Shown here piece by piece: positions 58,991-64,000 of a stretch of 64,000 nucleotides of DNA; the first letter of the stretch is position 1, and the number at the start of each line of letters is the position of its first letter. The stretch covers positions 525,751 to 589,750 of the forward strand of contig OZ037773.1 in the NCBI GenBank assembly GCA_964035545.1, in the 5' to 3' direction. The notes under the pieces were generated by a model that searched no databases, was not told the origin of the DNA, and was given only the letters and a program-made list of their open reading frames with translations. The translations under genes and the position numbers were made by a program. Source of the DNA: Bugula neritina (Eukaryota; Animalia; Bryozoa).

Positions 58991-61756
58991 ATGAGTCGGT
59001 TCAGCTTTTGCCCACTACTTGCCGTTACCTCCTTGCTGAGTTTATTCAGGTACTGTGCTATATTCTATGTGTTATGCTTCATACTCACATTTCTATATGA
59101 TGTATACACTCCCCTGTAGAGGTTGTTGAATATATGATGTATACACTCCACTGTAGAGGTTGTTGTATATATGATGTATACACTCCCCTGTAGAGGTTGT
59201 TGAATATATGATGTATACACTACACTGTAGAGGTTGTTGTATATATGATGTATACACTCCCCTGTAGAGGTTGTTGTATATATGATGTATACACTACAGC
59301 TGTGTTTCTATTACTGGCTGTGGTTTGTTCAATTTCTCAACGAAAAACTAGTTTATTACTTTCCTTGTACTGGGTCTGAATGATTGTCAAATGTGATACT
59401 TCTAGTAATAGTAGTAGTGTCACCAGTAGTACCACCAGTAGTACCACCAGTAGTACTGCCACTACTACTACTAGTATTATTACCACCACTAGTATTACTA
59501 CTGCCACTAGTACTAGTGGCAGTAGTAATAGTAGTAGCAGCAGTAGCAACAGCATCAGCTGTTAAGTGGTGGTAGTAGTACTACTACTGCTACTGCTACT
59601 GCTACTGCTACTGCTACTGCTACTACTACTACCACTAGTATTACTGCTACAACTAGGACTACTACTGCCACTAGTACTACTACTACCACTACTAGTATTA
59701 CTACTACTAGTAGTAGTAGCAGTAGCAGCAGCTTAGAATAGAGCAGTATATTAGAATAGTAATTCTCGCCCTTTGAACTACTTTGTAAAGGGCTGAAAAC
59801 CAGGCTACAATATAGTGAATTACATCTCTAAGCCTAGGGCCATACTGTGCGAAAATGTGAAAATTGAAACCACAAGTAGCACAGGTGTCCACTGTAGCAA
59901 AGGTGTCCACTGTAGCGTCAGTGAGATCGGAAAACTACTAGCTAATAATATTTGCGTTTACCTTTACTGCTCGCCTTGTTGCTATGGCTATAAATGCTGG
60001 ATAAATTAAGTTTTCATTTTTAAATCGCTTTCAATAAAACGCAATTTACTGGAATGTAGCACTAAAATAAAAGAATTGGGCTAAATAACTACCAGCCAAT
60101 TAGGTGGACAGAGACAAAGACGATTCGCACTTGCGTTCAGAATGCTGAGCGACAAGTGGGAACGTTTCTCAACGCATACAGTGGACACCTTTGCTACTCA
60201 TGGTTTAACTGTTTGCACAGTGTGGCCCTAGGCTAAGTGTTTAATTGCTTGCGTTTTGCAGCAACTTGTATAAGTTTTTGCTTTAATTGCCCCATATTTA
60301 GAAGATCAGGGTTAGGGTTTTAATTTTTATTCATTTCCTGTTCACAAGGTCAAGAGTTCACTGCTAGTTTCTCTTAAATACTCTTGTCAGAACAAGTTTT
60401 ACAACCAACTCATGTTTGGCATTGTATGTGAATGCATGCTGGTACGTGTATAATACACATGCCATATGTTAATACTGTCAAATTATGTGGGTTACAACGC
60501 CTTATCATACTTTAAAAATCTACTCTTATCAACATGTAATCTATTCCTTCTATTTCTAGCCTCTCATCTACTACTAACTAGTTTGCTCTGCAGCTTACAT
60601 ATATGATCCTTGTTTCAAGTACTTATAGAGTGATAATATCCTTGCTTGGTAATTGCATTCTATTTATATTTAATGAAGAAACTGTTGACTTTACTAGTTG
60701 TTTAATAAAGTGTAGCCTGTAGCAGGCTAGATAGATTGATAGTGGTTTCCATTCACTGCAGACCTGCTCAAATATAGTCAATGCTTTGCAATGTTTCAAG
60801 AGAGCCTGCAAACCAATTACCATTTACCTTCGACTTCCTTTACCCATACATTCATTATATCGTACACAATCCATGTTTCATCCCAAATACATTAGCCAGG
60901 TTCTTTATGTCTTGTACATTAGCTGTAATCTGCAGTATGTTGTTGTACATTAGCTGTAATCTGCAGTATGTTGTAGTACATTAGCTGTAATCTGCAGTAT
61001 GTTGTTGTACATTAGCTGTAATCTGCAGTATGTTGTAGTTTCTCTCAAAGTGTAGAAGTGGAGTTGGAAACAGGAGTTGTCACCTCTGTCGAGGCTACCT
61101 TCTACTCCAATTTACCTGGGGATACCTCCTACTTCATTGAAGCAGGTGGCATGCAGGTGTGTGATTATGTTTAATACACTTCCAGTTTAATTTTTAGATT
61201 AACTCTGTAATGTTTACAAAACTTTAAAGCTTTTAATTGGTTTGTGATTGATTAGTTAATTTGCTTCATGCTATAAATTGAACTTCACTAAGCAGCAGTT
61301 TCTCTATATTTCCTTTATAATAAATTTATTATACTAGTTTGACTATGAGAAGTTCCAAGTCACTACCTGTACTTGGTTTTGATAAAAACTGTTCCATGGT
61401 CAATAATATTTAAACTCTGCACGTTGGAAATCATATATGTGGTCACATGGGGGACTCTTGTATAGTATATTGAAAGGGTAACTCCAAATGTCTCTGTGAT
61501 GTTGCACAACTATGCGTTTTAATAGCGTACTAGAATTCAATGTGTAGAGATTAGGATACCTTTTGAAGTCAATCATCAATTTATGGTATTTACGGAAAGT
61601 TCTTTCTTAATGCTGTAATTCTGATGTATGCGTGTTTTCAGATAGATTCTACAAATCCATCACAGCTGTTGATAGCTGTGATGCCTCAGGTGTCTCTCAA
61701 GAAAACTGCTGCTATCTCTAATTTACCAATTGATGATGTGACTCAACCTCTTACAG
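58991..61756 (+). CDS. 5' part of an unidentified secreted/membrane protein gene (3 coding exons seen; continues beyond the window)
   Basis: join(58991-59049, 61039-61156, 61642-61756), GT-AG introns with phases 2/2 and 0/0. Translation: MSRFSFCPLLAVTSLLSLFSFSQSVEVELETGVVTSVEATFYSNLPGDTSYFIEAGGMQIDSTNPSQLLIAVMPQVSLKKTAAISNLPIDDVTQPLT... The N-terminus looks like a signal peptide. Confidence 0.7.
59094..59297. repeat. 37-bp minisatellite (tatatgatgtatacactcccctgtagaggttgttgaa)n
   Basis: About 5.5 copies starting 45 nt after the donor at 59050. Confidence 0.93.
59400..59732. repeat. Degenerate (AGT/ACT)n tract with strand switches
   Basis: Alternating gtagta and actact blocks. Confidence 0.85.
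59832..60233. mobile_element. PIF/Harbinger-like MITE (about 400 bp)
   Basis: TIR gcctagggccatactgtgc / gcacagtgtggccctaggc (1 mismatch), flanked by TAA on both sides. Internal inverted pair gtagcaaaggtgtccactg / cagtggacacctttgctac. Confidence 0.8.
60915..61038. repeat. 31-bp tandem repeat (acattagctgtaatctgcagtatgttgttgt) x4, ending at a splice acceptor
   Basis: The last unit ends gttgtag|TTTC, the acceptor of exon 61039. Confidence 0.9.
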
Positions 61757-62891
61757 GTTAGACATCAACTTTTTTAATTAATGAGAAAATCATCTTTCTG
61801 TATGATGGAGAGTTTTTCTGTCTCCGAGTCTCCTGAGTTATGCAGAAACAAAGGCATTAATATGGTCCTTTGCATTTTAGTGAGCACCGATAGCCCATGT
61901 AAGACTCAGCCAAATATCTCACCATTATAGAAAATTCTGCATACTCAAGTGCAAGCTGCAGCTTCTAAATAATACATGTGTAGCTTTTCCTAGGGGCATT
62001 ATTTAGCTTCAAACCTCAATTTTAGGACATTGAGTTTATTTTTTAATATTTTTAACTCTCGATGTTTGAAAATTTTGATTAAAATTACATGCCTGAAAGT
62101 ATACGGTTGAAAAGATGTACTGCTACTCCCGCTGTTGCTGGTATAACACACCATATTTTCTGCTTTGTTATAAGATAACGAGTTAATGATTGGGCGGTTT
62201 GGTGGTTCAGCAATTCTCATAAACTTGGTACACAACTCGTGCGTTAGTTGAGTGATATGTGCACTCGTTAACAGGTAGAAGAAATGCTACCTGGGCTATT
62301 GTTTAGAGCTAAATTATGAGTAAGAGATTTTAGATTTTCAGCTATGAGAATTTGTATAAGCAATGTGTATGAAGGTGGTTATGATCATGAAACCACACCC
62401 GTATTATACATACCGTATAGTTACGTCAGCTACTGAGCCTCTACCCTTATCAAACCTCATATTTACTAAAATTATTAGAGATAGATTAAAAGTTTGTGCT
62501 AGCCTGCAGAGCTGCGTATAACATAAAGTTATCTAGTTTATGCTGTTAATGCTGCTTAAGAAGTAAATGTTTTGTCATTTATAACAAACAATCTTTAAAA
62601 TATGGGATGATGAATTTATTCTACATCAACATTATAGAGCTAAAAAATTAGGTATTTCTAGTTACTTCTAGTTATATTATTACTAAAACAAATAGAAAAG
62701 TATTAATACAAAGATGCATTCACTACAAGTGATCCAGAAGCACATGGAGTCATAGAGGGTGTTGGTTTCACAAGCAAATGACATTATGGAAAGTAAAGCC
62801 AAGTCATTTAATCTTTTTCAATAACTTTTCTGCAATTTGAACCATGAATAATAATTCATCCTTGGTAAATACCCTTCATTCTTTTAGTTAT

Positions 62892-64000
<1,109 letters not shown>

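Overview
AT-rich, intron-rich animal genomic DNA (invertebrate-like; the taxon cannot be fixed from the sequence). I spliced four protein-coding genes by hand, with consistent intron phases. (1) An 8-exon IRF2BP/Pits-family gene on the minus strand (13782->397, about 602 aa). (2) A 2-coding-exon, 66-aa signal-peptide plus single-TM microprotein on the minus strand (33345->31488), invisible in the ORF track. (3) A 23-exon ARHGAP11A-like RhoGAP on the plus strand (33862-53680, about 1036 aa), head-to-head with the microprotein. Its intron 1 carries a young full-length antisense Ty1/copia element. (4) The first three coding exons of an unidentified signal-peptide gene on the plus strand (58991 onward, running off the window). 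Also present are a decayed multi-exon Glu/Lys-rich gene (15083-16764), an RTE-like LINE fragment, several MITEs and many mini- and microsatellites. The most unusual pattern is that many minisatellites begin at, or copy, exon/intron junctions. Two of these arrays consist of repeated 5' splice sites lying behind an in-frame stop. No database searches were run; family assignments rest on motif recognition.
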